Below are positions 26,118 to 39,012 of a stretch of DNA of 64,000 nucleotides, piece after piece. The notes under the pieces were generated by a model. The model was not told where the DNA came from. It was given only the letters and a program-made list of their open reading frames with translations, and searched no databases. Each line of letters starts with the position of its first letter. Positions within the stretch are counted from its first letter, which is position 1. The translations under genes were made by a program, and so were the position numbers. This DNA is from Lama guanicoe. Taxonomy: Eukaryota. The stretch lies in the NCBI GenBank assembly GCA_013239625.1, contig MU054187.1, forward strand, positions 5,901,757 through 5,965,756, in the 5' to 3' direction.

Positions 26118-26226
26118 GCGGGGCCTGGCGTTTGGAGGCCGAGCGGCGCCAGGGTGAGGGGCGCGGAGGAGGAGGAGCAGCCGCAGGAGGAGGAGCCGTG
26201 TGCCCTGGCACCGAGCGGCCGCGGCC

Positions 26227-26272
26227 ATGGCGTACGCCTATCTCTTCAAGTACATCATCATCGGCGACACAG
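26227..26272 (+). CDS. RAB2A: RAB2A coding exon 1 (46 nt; MAYAYLFKYIIIGDT+G)
   Basis: ATG in strong Kozak context (GCCATGG) inside a CpG island. Translation matches the Rab2 N-terminus, and Ala2 fits RAB2A rather than RAB2B (MTY...). Donor AG|GTGAGG. Confidence 0.98.
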
Positions 26273-26807
26273 GTGAGGCCCGGGGCGCGGCCTGGCGGGT
26301 GTCGGCGGCCTCTGGGCCGGGGCTGAGGAGCGAACAGCGTCGGGCCGGGGCTCGGGGGCCGACGCCCCCCGGCGCCTCCCTGCCTGCCGCGCCGCTCCAT
26401 TTCCGCAGTGCTGGAGCTGGTGACGTGGGCACTGCGAGCGGCCGCGGCCTGGCCGGGCCCGTGCCCCGGCCCCCGCCCGGGCCGGCCCTGCAGCTGGGGG
26501 CCGCGGCAGCCGTTTCGACTCGCGATCCGGGGAGTGTATGGCAGGAGGGGCGGCCCAGCGCAGGGTTGTCAGGGCCTGACTCTGATGTTTGCACTCCCGA
26601 GCCGGGGTCCCCCACCTTGGGCCTCTTCCCCGCCCCGAGAGAGAAAGGGGGGGGGGCAGAGGAGAGCAGAAGGTGATGGGAGGAGGGTCTTGGGATTCCT
26701 GACCCGACCCACCTTCTCCGACCAACACTCATCTGCCAAGGCCTGGGCAAAGCCTCCCCTGGTGTGGGCCAGCCAGCTGAGGAGAGACGGAAACCTTAAA
26801 AAAAAAT

Positions 26808-26869
26808 TATATATATATATATATATAATATATATATATATATAGACACACACGCACATATATATATAT
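26808..26869. repeat. Compound (TA)n/(CA)n microsatellite
   Basis: Read directly from the sequence. Confidence 0.95.
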
Positions 26870-27037
26870 TTATCACTCAATTCTCAAGTCAGAATAAGTC
26901 ACATCCCTTTGATGCCTGGGGAATCCCTTTCGAGGTCATTAAAGCATGAAAGAGTTCTGTAGACTTGTGCCACGTGTGAACTGCGGTTATTTTATGGTAA
27001 CGCAAGGCTGTTCAGTGCCCTGGGTGTGTACTGGCTA

Positions 27038-27068
<31 letters not shown>

Positions 27069-27069
27069 C
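27038..27069. repeat. (GT)n(GC)n microsatellite
   Basis: gtgtgt...gtgcgcgcgcgtgc read directly. Confidence 0.95.
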
Positions 27070-29734
27070 TGGCGTGTGGTTGTCGGGGACACTGATTTTT
27101 TTTTTTTTGATGTATCAAATCTACCGTCACAACCGTCAGTTTTCAGGTGACCTGGTGTCCCTTTGAAGCAGAAATTGTTATTCCCGTTTAAAATAGCATC
27201 CCATTGTATTTCATAGATAAAGTAACCAAACTCATTGAAAATATTTTTTAATACCTGTGACTTTGGCATTATTTTGAATCTAATAATAAAGCTAAGAGTT
27301 GTTCAGGTGTTATAACTATTAATATACTAGAGTCTGATTTCAGTGATGACTCTTGCACAACTTTGGACCCTTTGCACAACTTTGGTAATGTAAGCAGCAG
27401 CTTGTGGTTGCAGTAGTGATACGGCAGATTCAATAAGTAACACAAGAAGCATGTTGATTGCTGCGGAAAAGGAAAACTTTCTGCTATAAATACAATTTTT
27501 CAGCACAGTTTTTTGGTGTGTGGTGGGAAACAGGATGGTTTTCTACGTAAAGTCTTGGGTAAAGCAGTGTTTCACAAATATTTGGTAGCAGATTTATACA
27601 CTTCAAAAAATGCTGTGGCATATTTGAAGAAGAAAGTAGGGTTCTAAAGCCTACTGGCAAATTTTGATTTAGGCTGTAGAACAGAGGTTGGGAGAGGGCA
27701 CTCGTGTTAACTAGTAAGAGTGGGTTTGAGAAGCAGAGAGAAGAGTGATTGTGGACATTTAGCAGTGGTGATGATTCACATTAACCTTTGCAGGTTGCCT
27801 TCAGTTTGCTTACTGAGCTTCTACTGTGGTAAAGTCTTGTGCTGGAAGTATTGGGGCTACAAATGTGAACAAGTTGGTGCTCTGTTCTTTTGGAATTTGC
27901 CCTCGTGCGAAACCAATCCCCAGGCAGTTCAAAGGGGAGGCACTGCTTTCTTGCCGTTGCTTCTGTTACCACCTAGTCAGGGCACTTGAGCACTTGACGC
28001 TGAACTGTCTACAGCATTGCTTTCTCCTCACTCCGGTTCAGCTTGGTATAGTTTACTGTCAGATTAATCTTCCTCAGACATGACTGTTAGGAGGCTAGTC
28101 CTCTGTTCACATTTAGTCTGACCTTCAAGGAACTCCATATTTTAGCCCCTGTTTAACTTTTGTAGCCTTCTTTCCCACTACTCACTAGTCCCAGTCCCCA
28201 TCTTCCTTCTGCCAGTAATGCCCTGTAGCTGATGCATGTGCCTTTTCCTGGTCCCTGCTTCTCCCTCTGCTTGGAGTGCTTTCTTTGTCAAAATTCTGTC
28301 TGTCCTTCAGAGTCTAACTTGGGTCTTCCGGAATGCTTTCAGAGTCAACATTTGTGAAGTTCTTTTGATGTGTCTGGCTTTCCTGGTGATCTGGCTGGAA
28401 GGGACTCCCCCCTCCTTATCTCATTGTGTCCCACTTTGTATCATTCTTACGAAAGTAATTCCTGACTGTTTTGTAGATACTGGTGTAGGCATTGATATTT
28501 AATCATATACTTCTTGAGGGCAGAAAAGGTGTTTTATATGGCTTTGTATTCCAGGAAGAGCCTAATAGAAGGTAGGCCCTTTACATTTAATTAACTTAAT
28601 AAAAGAATAGCCAAACAGGCTATAATGTTCCTGGTAATATACATTAATAACTTGACAGAAGAATTTTTAGCTCAATTCTACCACTTTCTTACTATTAATA
28701 TTAACTTTGGCCAAAATGCTTTACCATGCTTTCTTAATTCTAAGTGTACGCATAGTTGTAAGGTACACTTAATGTGGTCCTCCCCCTGCCCCCCAACTCA
28801 AATGATATTAAATCAATAGTGAGAGAGCCATCCTGATTTTTTTAAAGCCACAGTGTGAAAAATATGCATTTAAAAATGAAATCACTGCTTTTCCTGATTC
28901 TTACTTTTCCCTAGCCTATGAAACAATTATTATTAGTGTTCCTTCCTCTCAGTAGTGAGATAAAATGAGGACAAATGAGAAAGCACCACACACATTTTCT
29001 TTTTCAGAATTCCCTGTTTCATAGAAGAGATTTTTAAAACATTTTACATGATCATGATGATACTGTTGAAATATTTGTTTTCTTAGTGTATGGCCAAATG
29101 CAGTCAAAATATAGTTTTAATTTTATCATTAATAGTGCTTTGTTCCTGAAAAATCAAGAAAATGTGTCATTTAAATCTAGGTATAAAATGGGAATTGGTT
29201 TTTAACAAGCCTGGCCTAATATTATAAGCAAATAATTATCAGGTACAGAAGGAGAGAAAAACTGTAATAAATCTATAAATATTGGTCCTAAAATTCTGAC
29301 ATCTGCCTACCATTTTAATCTCATCACTAATCCTCCTGTCCCTTTCCTGTGCCTCATCTAGGCCCACAGAAGCACAAACCCTGTTGTGTTCTGTCTGAAA
29401 TATCCATTCTTACTGTGCTCCACCCTCCTCGCCTCCAACCCCCAGGCAAAATGAAAAGAAAAATTAGGTCATAACTTTTTTACCTGACCAAGTCCTGTTC
29501 GTTACTCTTTTAAGATGGTAACAGATGCCACCACTGCTCCCTGTTGCCTTGTACACGTCCCCTTCACTCTTCCTTCCCTCCCTGCCCACCCCCACCGTTT
29601 TGCTGTGTTTGCTTTTTTTTGTTTTTGCTTAAAATCTTTTGAGGACAAGTGCTATATAAGAAAATAAACAAGACCGGCCTGGTCACACATTAATATCATC
29701 TGAATGTATTTTTTTTTCAAGGGATGAGTGTGTT

Positions 29735-30015
29735 TTTTTAATTGAGATATAATTAATATATAGCATTGTATTAGTTTCAAGTGTACAACTGAATGATTTG
29801 ATACATGTGTATATTGCAAAACGATCTCCACAGTAAGTTTAGTTAATATCCATCACCACACAGAGCTGGAAAATTTTTTTCTTGTAATGAGATGTTTTAA
29901 GATATACTGTTACCAACTTTCAGCTATTCAATACAGTATTATTAACGTGTATGTTACATTCCCAGGACTGATTTATCTTATAACTGGAAGTTTGTACTTT
30001 TTGACCACCTTTACT
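29735..30015 (-). mobile_element. L1MA-type 3' end
   Basis: aattgagatataatt...gtttcaagtgtacaac...cttataactggaagtttgtac. Confidence 0.75.
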
Positions 30016-32625
30016 ACGTGCATTTTAAATAATCTTTTTGTTTGGTTGGAAAGCTTTTGACTTTGTCTTAAATATTCAGCGTAGGCCATTCAGTAGTGGA
30101 GATGTTTAATAAACAAGTGGATGGGCCTTTGGGGCAGGTGCTGCAAGGCTTTACCTGGAAGGTGCTATTTAAGCTGAAATTAGAGTGACAAGTAAGGATT
30201 TGCCAGTTGGCAAAGGGTAAATGTCTAGTAGGCAGTTGGAAGTACATGTCTGTAGCTCAGTGATGATTTTTTGAAAGATAGAGTGATATTGGGAAGAGCA
30301 GAGCTGTACTATGGGCCATAGTACAGTCTTATTGAAGACTTTGAGTATGACAGAGAAGGAAAGAGTGAGAAGTTTAGAGTTGGTTGCAAGATGAAGTCAG
30401 CTGGTGCTTGTGTGTGTATTAGGATAGGGAAGACTTGAGGTTGAAAGTTTGAAAATACTGTAGAGAGGGCAGAAAGAGACCCTAGAGAACTTGGGGAAGG
30501 ACTGGCACTTGATTCTCCAGAGCTTTCAAGCTGTAACAGAAGGAAGACCTCTTCCTGTGGGAGACTCAAACTTGAGTTTCTTTAGATTCTTGTGAGTCAC
30601 CTAGGGTGGTGGTGGTTTGGTTTGGTTTTGTTTTTTAAGGGTTCAGTGGCCCAACTCCCAGTGATTTTGATTCACTAGACCTGAGGTGGAGCTTCTTGTT
30701 GCAAAATCTTAGGCCAGAAACACAAATCATTTTATATAATTATATGAGCACATTTGTTAGGCTATTTCAGAAAACAAACAGAAAAACAAACTGGGAAATT
30801 GTGAGGTAGAGAAGTTCCATTAAGTTTTTTTATATTATGAAATATGTCATGCATGTAAGATCTATGTATGTTACATATTTGCACAGTTTAATATTTTAAA
30901 GAATAGTAGTAAATCAAACACCGAAGTCAAAGAACTATCTGCATCCTGTCCCTCTCCCCACCAGGCTCCCGCTACCCGGAATTCTTTGTTAATCCTTCCC
31001 TAGCTTTTCTTCGTAGTTGTCTCACTTATGTGTTCCTAAATACATTGTTTAGTTTTACCTGTTTTCAATTCTTCTGTTAAATGAGAGTGCTAAAACATAC
31101 TTGAAGCATACCTTTTAACATCATCTCAGATTTACTCAGGTTTTTGCTTTATGCATGTTACTTGTAGTCTTTCAAGATTTTTGATCACGCTTTCCTTTCT
31201 CTGGCTGTCCTAACCAGTTTATTTGCTGCTTGCCTCGCCAAATATTTATACCACTCCTCAGACTTTGTGTTCTCATTCCTTTTCCCCATTCTTCATTTTT
31301 CCTGATGAACCTACCTCCTCCTCCTCATCTCAAATAATACCCTGTGTCTCCTACTGGTGCTCTTGTCCTTTATGTCCCCACCCCATTCCTGCTTCGACAT
31401 GAGATTAATTTTCTCCTGTGTCTCCCCCACTGCTCGCCCTCTCCCATGTTATCTGGACAGCTCTCCTGCTCTTGCAGTAGCCAGTAATTTAGCTGTTTGA
31501 TTTGAGCAGATTCTAATTTCGCCAGCTCAGCTGTTTTTCCCTCTCAGGCCCAGCTGTGCTTGCTCATTTTGTTATTCTCTACTCATCTTCAGTCTGGGAG
31601 GCTGTGTCCTTTGCCACAAGAGATGCAGCCACACTGACCTCCCTTGTCCCTCTAGCTTTTCATTTTCTATATGAAACTTTCCCATTTGATTTCATTGGCC
31701 TTGCTTATTTGCAGGTTTTAAAATACTCCACATTCTAGCTGTAATTTTTCACTCCTAAATTAGGGGCACCTGGTAGAAAGATGCTAGGTTCCCTCTGCTG
31801 TCATACTCTCAGAGTCAACCTTTTTCAGTTCCTGCAGTATTTTTCAACTCAGATGACGGGGGTCTCATCCTTGGAGATGATGTTTCAGTAGATCTGCAGT
31901 GAGTCCTGGGCATCTGCATTTTTTAAAAGCACTGTTTGTGGTGGTAGTGCCATGACATTTCTCTGCTGGTCAGCTATGGGCCTTTTATGCCTGACTATTT
32001 TTACTAAAATTGATTCTTTCTCTTCTACTGTCAGATTTTCTGCTTTCTGGGGTTTTGTGTAAATAAGGATACCCTAAGGCATACCCAGGGTGAATTTATA
32101 TGGAATTCTCTGTCATGCTCATTTTTGCCACTCTATGTAGTAGATTCTGATGAGGAATTCTCCATACTTTTTATAGTTCATATACTGTATCAAAAGCTTT
32201 TTCTCTTTTAATCCTTGAGCAGGAATGTATGAGGTTGCTATTTCATAGATGAAGAAAGTGAGCTATGTCCTTTGGGGCAAACTCTTTCTTTTCTCCTCCC
32301 ACCTCTTTACTTTTCATAGCTATGATGTAGCTGTAAGCATCTCCAGTTCTCTGTTGAAGATGTTGCTGACAGTTACTGTGTTTCTTGTCCAATCTGAGGA
32401 AGAAAGAATATGAATATTGACGGATGCATGCTGAGTGAAGGTTTGGAAAGCAAGACTGTGCCTGGCACAGCGCTAGTGCTTTAGAAAATGATGAGTGTGC
32501 GCTAGGTAGCCAGCGCTAAGTCGGCTCCATGCGTTGACCAATTTATTTCTCCTTGTTTCGGAAAGGATTTAACGGCACTTACATAAAGATTTTTTACATT
32601 TTTTTTAATGTGGATGAGAGAGAGC

Positions 32626-33248
32626 GTATTAGTTTCATGTTGCTAACATAACAAACCACCATACTCTTAGCAGCTCAAATAATGCAAATATATTATCTTA
32701 GGGTTCTAAAGTTCTACATAAATCCATGTATGTTCCAATACATGTCCAAAGCCTGATGTGTGTCCCTCTGGGCCAAGGTCAAGGTTTTGGCAGGGCTAGG
32801 TTTCTTTCTGGAGGGTCCTTGTTCATTCAGGTTGTTAGTAAAATGGAGTTCCTTGTGGAGATCTCCAATTTCTCGCTGGCTGTCATCTGAGGGCTGTTCC
32901 CAGCCTCAGAGTCTTCTATCCACATCCCTATACGATTTGTCCCACGGACCCCTTCCTCTGTCCTTCAAATCCAACAACAGCGGATCAAGTCCTCCTATGT
33001 CACCTATTTCTGACTCTTCTTGGGTCATCCCATCTCTCTGAAACTGATAAAGGTTTTCTGCTTTTAAAGACTCATATAATTAGATTGGGTTTACCTGGGT
33101 AATCCAGTATAATCTCATCTCAAAGTCTGTCATCTTAATCGCATCTGTAAAGTTCCCTTTGCCTTGGAGGGTAGCATGTTCACAGGTTCCGGGATTAGGG
33201 TGTGTGTGTCTTTGTATGTTGGGAGGAGCGCAGTTCTGCCTAATGCAG
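32626..33248 (-). mobile_element. MLT1-type MaLR LTR
   Basis: gtattagtttc...ataacaaaccaccata ... ttcacaggttccgggattaggg ... ttctgcct. Confidence 0.75.
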
Positions 33249-36200
33249 CAGGCTGGGGAGAAGCAGTGAATTGAAGGCAGAAACAAGTAATATCCATACA
33301 GTGTATGCCTTTTTAAAGTGGTCACTGTATTTAGCACTAAGCAGTGCAGAGAATCCTATTTTCATTTCATTCATTACCCAAATATAGTATCCATTAATTT
33401 TTAAAAATACTGCGTTCATATACTTAATTATTCCTTAATTGAGTCTTGAAAGGCATTCTTCTGATTCCTCTTGAAAAGAATACTGTAGAGGAAAATATCA
33501 ATAAGCAAGTAGTATATTTATAAACCTAGGGCCTTTTCTAAGGATATAATTCATTAAATCTGAACAGTAATATCCATGAGGAAGGCTCCATTTTACAGGT
33601 GAGGAAAGGGAGACTAATTGCAACTGACCGCGCTGGAGTTTGAGCCCAGGTCTTTCTAACTCCAGGCTCCGGGCTCTCCTAGATCCTACACATTTCTTGA
33701 TTCCCACCAATTCCATATCATACCTCTTCTGTTGGCTTCCCAGCTGCTTGGTCTTTTGCAGTGACGTGGAAGTACGCAATCCCTTTTCTCCCTTTACTAA
33801 AACAGAGGCCACCTCCACTTGCGCAAAAGAGGAAGAACTGTTCTGTAGAATGTCGATTAGATCAGTCTTGCTCTTACACATGTGGGTCGTGTCTTCTGTG
33901 TTCTTAACAGTCTTTGGAGTTTTAGGGTGAGATGTAAATATCTCCTATTATGACACTTGGGTTTTGTTTTTGTAATTCTGTCCGGCTGTTTTTTTTTCCC
34001 CTAGTGAATTTGAGGACTAATTTATAAGGTGTGCGTGGGCTTTACATCTTGCTGAGGAGTTAATTATTCCTTTGTCGTTTAAGTTCCCCTCCACTTTTTA
34101 CATGTTGTGTGTTTAGTAGTGTAGTTTTCAGTATTCAAGTGCTCAATACTAATTTTGAACGTTAACTTTTCATTCATGTTGGCCTTCTATATACTTTCTC
34201 ATCGTTTTTTCTTTGGAACAGGTTTTTTGTTTGTTTTGTTTAGGAAACATTACAGATACAGCCGAAGCCCGCTGTATACTCTTCACCTGTCTTTGTCCAT
34301 AGAGGTAATCACTCTCCTGAAATTGCTGTTTTTTATCATCCTGTGAAAAAGTTTTCATATGATTACTACATTTGTATGTATGTGCCGGTAAACAATGCAC
34401 AAATTGTGTGTATTCTTTTTCAACTTCATTTTAGTGGAATTTTACTGTACTTGTTCTGAAACTTTTTTGTTCAAGATTATTTTGACGGGATTAATATATT
34501 TTGCTCGGTTTTGTTGACATTAATTGCTTGACTGGCTTAATTTTCATTGTATTCTGTTGTTTGATTACACTGCCATTTTCCCCTTCTTTTTTCTCTGAAG
34601 GAAGTGTGAATGGGTTGTTTGTCGCCTTTTACAGTGCTGCGTGGATCATTCTTGTGCCGGCTCCTTGAGCTCACGTGCTGGAGTTCTGGAGCCACACCTC
34701 TGAGTGGACCTGTGGGTGGAAGGGGTGCCCCTCTTCAGCTTCACCCACTAATCGAAGTCACTCTCCGGAGTAGTTATCAGTCAGCTCTCATTCTTGTTTC
34801 AGCTCTGCCATGTCACCCTTTTTTTTTTAATTCTATTTTTTATATAGCCCATTGCTATATATATTTTTTTAATTTGGTCTGAGAGGCTGTCTTTTACCAT
34901 GCATTTGAATTTATTTCTACCATGAGGTACCAGCCTGGTTCAGTCATATGAACAGGGATTAAGGTGTGGGTCACAGCTGTGCCCTTTTGTCATGGGCTTT
35001 GGGGCACGGTGGCACGTGTCCCACACAGGAAGCAGTATGGCTGTCACATTTCCCAAGCGTGTATGGTGTCATCTCTTCCTTGTAGGACAGTGTGGAAAGA
35101 GGCTACCTGCCAATAACTCTTATTTGTGCAAGTGAACAATTTAAATTCCTGGGTTTTCTGTTTGTAAAATGTGTATAGTACCTGCCTAGTGCACTCTGTA
35201 GGGTTGCTCACCAGTGCTCTAGGCTTTTGGGTTTTTTCCCCTGACTTTGTAGCTGTCTTTAAAATTTAAGTGTCAGTTATTTGTTTCCCTCCATTTATTT
35301 ACAGTTGATACATAAGTGTAAGTGGTACATTTGTGCTTGCTCTGTGGCCTCCAACATCATTAACATTGATGGATGACTCCCCCTTTAACTACTTGTCCAC
35401 CTTTATCAGTAACTACTATGCATCTAGGAGGCAAGTGATATATTACTCTTAAGTCCTCTCTGGTTATTTTATCCTGGACAGCACACTTGAAAATCTTCCA
35501 CAGTCCTATATTTGTAATTAGAGTACCTTGGTTAGCTCGGTGGCTCCTCTGCTTACTTGTTACCTTGGTCAAGTTCAGACGTCTTCAACTTCTGTTTTCT
35601 CATCTAGAAAAAGGCAGTGGTAACGTCTGATTGGTCTACCTCACAAGATTTTTGTGAGTTTGAAATAAACATTATGCACAGATGATTTTAAGCTTTAAAG
35701 TGCTTGATTAATAGTAATATTTTGGAGATAAATTTTTCTAACCTGTTGAGTGTCCTAAAATTAATGGGGGAGGTCTTGCCTATAGAAAAAGCTATTCACT
35801 GTGCTGACTTCAAACTGTAACTACTTAGTTGAAGGAAACAAGATCACATGTTAACCTGCAAAATGGCAGTTCTTTGATCCTGAAATTCTCTGAGAACTCC
35901 ATAAAAGAAAGTCTTTCTAACTCACATATCCTCGTGGGCCACTTGAAATTGAAAAGAATGCGAAGTAGGTGTTCTTTTTCACTGGTTTTCAGGAAAGAGA
36001 TGGTAGGGCCAGTAGTTGTATCCTGAAAAATTTTCCACCTAGTAATCCTATAGAATCAGTTTGTGCTTTTGCCGGTATTTTTGTATTTGTTATGTGTGGA
36101 GAACAGAGAACTGAGCTGAGCTCATCTGTCTTTATTTTGCCACGAAGGTTGGATGACTTTATCCCCAGAATGTTTTACAGAGTATTTGTTGGGATTTGTG

Positions 36201-37051
36201 GGGGCTTAAGACTAAAGGCATCTTGGGCGCATGCTGTAGGGAGCACTGTGTAGTATGAAGAGTTGGTTTTATGTCCTCTGGGTAGCTTCACAGGAGCAGC
36301 TTTATCCCCATCTCTAAATGGGATACATTTTAACCTGTAACTCGGATTTCTGACCGTAATTGATGAGGCCTTTCTACCATTTAACCTTTTTTTCTTTCTT
36401 GATCTTTTTCCCCCATCATTTCTGGCTTAGAGTCTCCTTTCTTGGAGAATTTACCTGAGAAATGGAAAAATCATACTGGATTTGAGTGAATTTTAAGCCT
36501 TAGCAATGAGTAAGTCTTGTTAAAAGTACTGCTGATTATTCTTTAGTGGCTTTTAGGAGTTTAAAAGGAAAGTCAAAATCTTCTATTTCACAATACATTA
36601 TTTTACTTGCAGGCTTCCTTCTGATTTTCTTAGCAGACCAATTAACGAAACTATTTCTGGTCACACTAGAAGTTTTGCTAGTTATGTAAATTCCACGTCA
36701 TTATAGTGATTGTTGGATGAGGCCAGTGAAAGTATTGCTTATATAGTGTCTGATGGCAAAATAGATCCTTTGAAAAACTTACATCTTTTTTTTTATTATG
36801 GTGGAAATTATGAATACTTATGGTAAAAAAAATGAAAAATACAACTTTACCTAGCATAGTAATGGTTTGTTTTCTGTCTGTCTTTAAGCCTGTGTGCATG
36901 TGTATGTCCAAATCCCACCAGTACGTTTGTGTGAGAGCTGTTCCACGCCTTTAATTTTTTTCACTTAAGGATTAATCTTGGGTGTCTTAACATATCATCA
37001 TAATGTAAATCTATCTCATTCTTTTTAAACACCTGTGTAGCTGAACCATTA

Positions 37052-37218
37052 TTTTTCAAAATATTTATTTATTGAATTTTTTTGGAGGGGGGAATCACTA
37101 GGTCTATTTGTTTATTTATTATTACTTTTTTTTTTTAATGGAGGCCCTGGGGATTGAACCCAGGACATAGTGCCTGCTAAGCACGCGTTCTGCCACTGAG
37201 CTATGTCCTCCTCCCCTC
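37052..37218 (-). mobile_element. tRNA-derived SINE (camelid-type), more diverged copy
   Basis: ggggattgaacccagg...tgctaagcacgcg...ccactgagcta. TSD ctgaaccatta (37041-51) / ctgagccatta (37219-29). Confidence 0.88.
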
Positions 37219-38274
37219 CTGAGCCATTACTAATTTAATCAGCTCCCAATTCTGTTAGTCCTGGCCTGTGGTGGCAAACAGCGGAAACCTACTGTTGTTA
37301 AGCAGAAGATTTTACTGGGAAGATTGGATGTTCCATAGACTTTATAGGGAGGCAGTATAATCAAGCTTGAAAATGGCAAAACCGAGGCAGGCAAGGCACA
37401 GCCAAATCCCTGCTGTCGGTACCGCCTGTGGAAGCCGGCGCTGGTGCCTGCCGTGATCTCTCACCTCCGCTGCAGCCACCATGGATTCTCTCTTATTGGT
37501 CCCAAGATCCCAAGTTCTGAACAAGAGCATCTGATTGGCTCAGCCTAGTCACATACGACCACAACAGAAAGTCACAAATCACCTTCCATTAAAAATATGG
37601 GTTTAGAGAGAATATTTAATTTTGAGCTTGGTGTCTATTTCATACACTTAAATTCAGCAGGCTAGTTTCAATACTAGCTGTCTCAACTGATATCTAGTCT
37701 GTGCTTGGGGACTTAGTTTGATTTAGTTACTGTTATCATGTACTTGTTATTAGTTTAAATCTGGCAACTGCATGAAATAGGTTTTTTTGCTTACAGCCTT
37801 TAACTTTGATACCCATTTATATCATCGCATACTACTTAGAGGTCATGTACAGTAAACTTCATGTACATTTACATCTAAACACATTCTTCCTTCCATAGCA
37901 TCATGAAAAACTATCGTCTTCTAGCTCCTTCATTGAAATATATTTCTGAGATGCTGCAGTTCTTATTTGGAATCTTTGCTTATGAAAGGATTAGGAAAAT
38001 GGTCAGATTAAAGTATGTTAGTGTACTTGATGTATTAATTGGAACATTATTGTTTGGGATAAAGTCAGCATCTAGGAAATAGTATTCACTTTTTTTAAAA
38101 CCTTCTTCATTAAGATTCTGCTCTGCCAGAGTCATTTAGCTTTTAGAATATTTCCCTTCTTCCTCTTAGTATTACTACTAATACAGGGAAAATGAGATAG
38201 CATTCTTTTTAGTGAGAGAGGGATTGGTTGCAAACAGTCATATGTATCTGAGAAGAACAAATTCAGGAGATTGG

Positions 38275-38455
38275 ATGGTATAGTGGAAAAATATGATTTG
38301 GAATTTAAACACCTGATTTTGAGTTTCACTTCTGCCTCTTACTGAGTTAACTTGAGGCATATCACTTAGGCCTCAGTTTCTTCATCTTTGAAATGAGGTT
38401 ATTATTCCTGCTTTACTGATCTCATAGGCGTACTGGTCAAATAAGATTGTGTATG
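38275..38455 (+). mobile_element. MIR SINE
   Basis: gcctcagtttcttcatctttgaaatgagg core. Confidence 0.65.
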
Positions 38456-38828
38456 AGGAGGGAGCTTATTTGCACCTTCAGACTGTTACAAGTCATGCAT
38501 ATATGTTAAATAAGACAAGCGTATGTTTTCATAAACTTGATTATGGAATTCCATAGCTGCGTTAAAACTGCTTATCTATTTTGAAGTGGCTCCTTTGGCT
38601 GTTTGGCAGGTATCATGTAGTCTAGCTATTCTAAGCTGGGTAATTGCCAAAGATACTAAGTAGAAACCAGGATAACCTTATTTTGAACTTAACCTGTACT
38701 GTGGTGAAGCATATTTTCAGTTATTTGTCTGTTACGCCCAGCATGCAGTGGCGTCACATTAGTTGTAGCTGGAAAGCTGAAGAGGATTGGACACTGAAAC
38801 TAGCATTTTAGTTGGTTATATCAAGGGC

Positions 38829-39012
38829 AGTGGTTCTGAAACTTTAGAGCACATCAGAATCGCCTAGAGAGCTTGGTAAAACCCTGACTTCAGGACTCCA
38901 CCCCAGAGTTCTGGCTCAGTAAATTTGGGGTGGGCTCATGATTTGCATTCTAACAAGTTTCCAGATAATGCTGATGTTGCTGGTCTGGGGACCACATTTG
39001 AGAATCAGCACT
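38829..39012. mobile_element. MER5A hAT MITE
   Basis: cagtggttctgaaacttt...catcagaatc...ggggaccacatttgagaa. Confidence 0.82.

Larger units (their letters stand above)
25550..26720. promoter_or_regulatory. CpG island / TATA-less promoter of RAB2A
   Basis: Very GC- and CpG-rich stretch spanning exon 1. Contains several GGGCGG boxes (25833-25879, ~25970) and an ETS-type motif CACTTCCGG at 25947-25955. Confidence 0.92.

Noticed and set aside
26200..26676. 158-aa ORF containing MAYAYLFKY as a single-exon protein
   Set aside because: It reads through the exon 1 donor at 26273 into intron 1; Rab similarity ends at GDTG.
25482..26880. Multiple overlapping long ORFs (103-202 aa) on both strands
   Set aside because: Low-complexity Ala/Gly/Arg/Pro translations expected from stop-poor CpG-island DNA. 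Only 26227-26272 matches a known protein.
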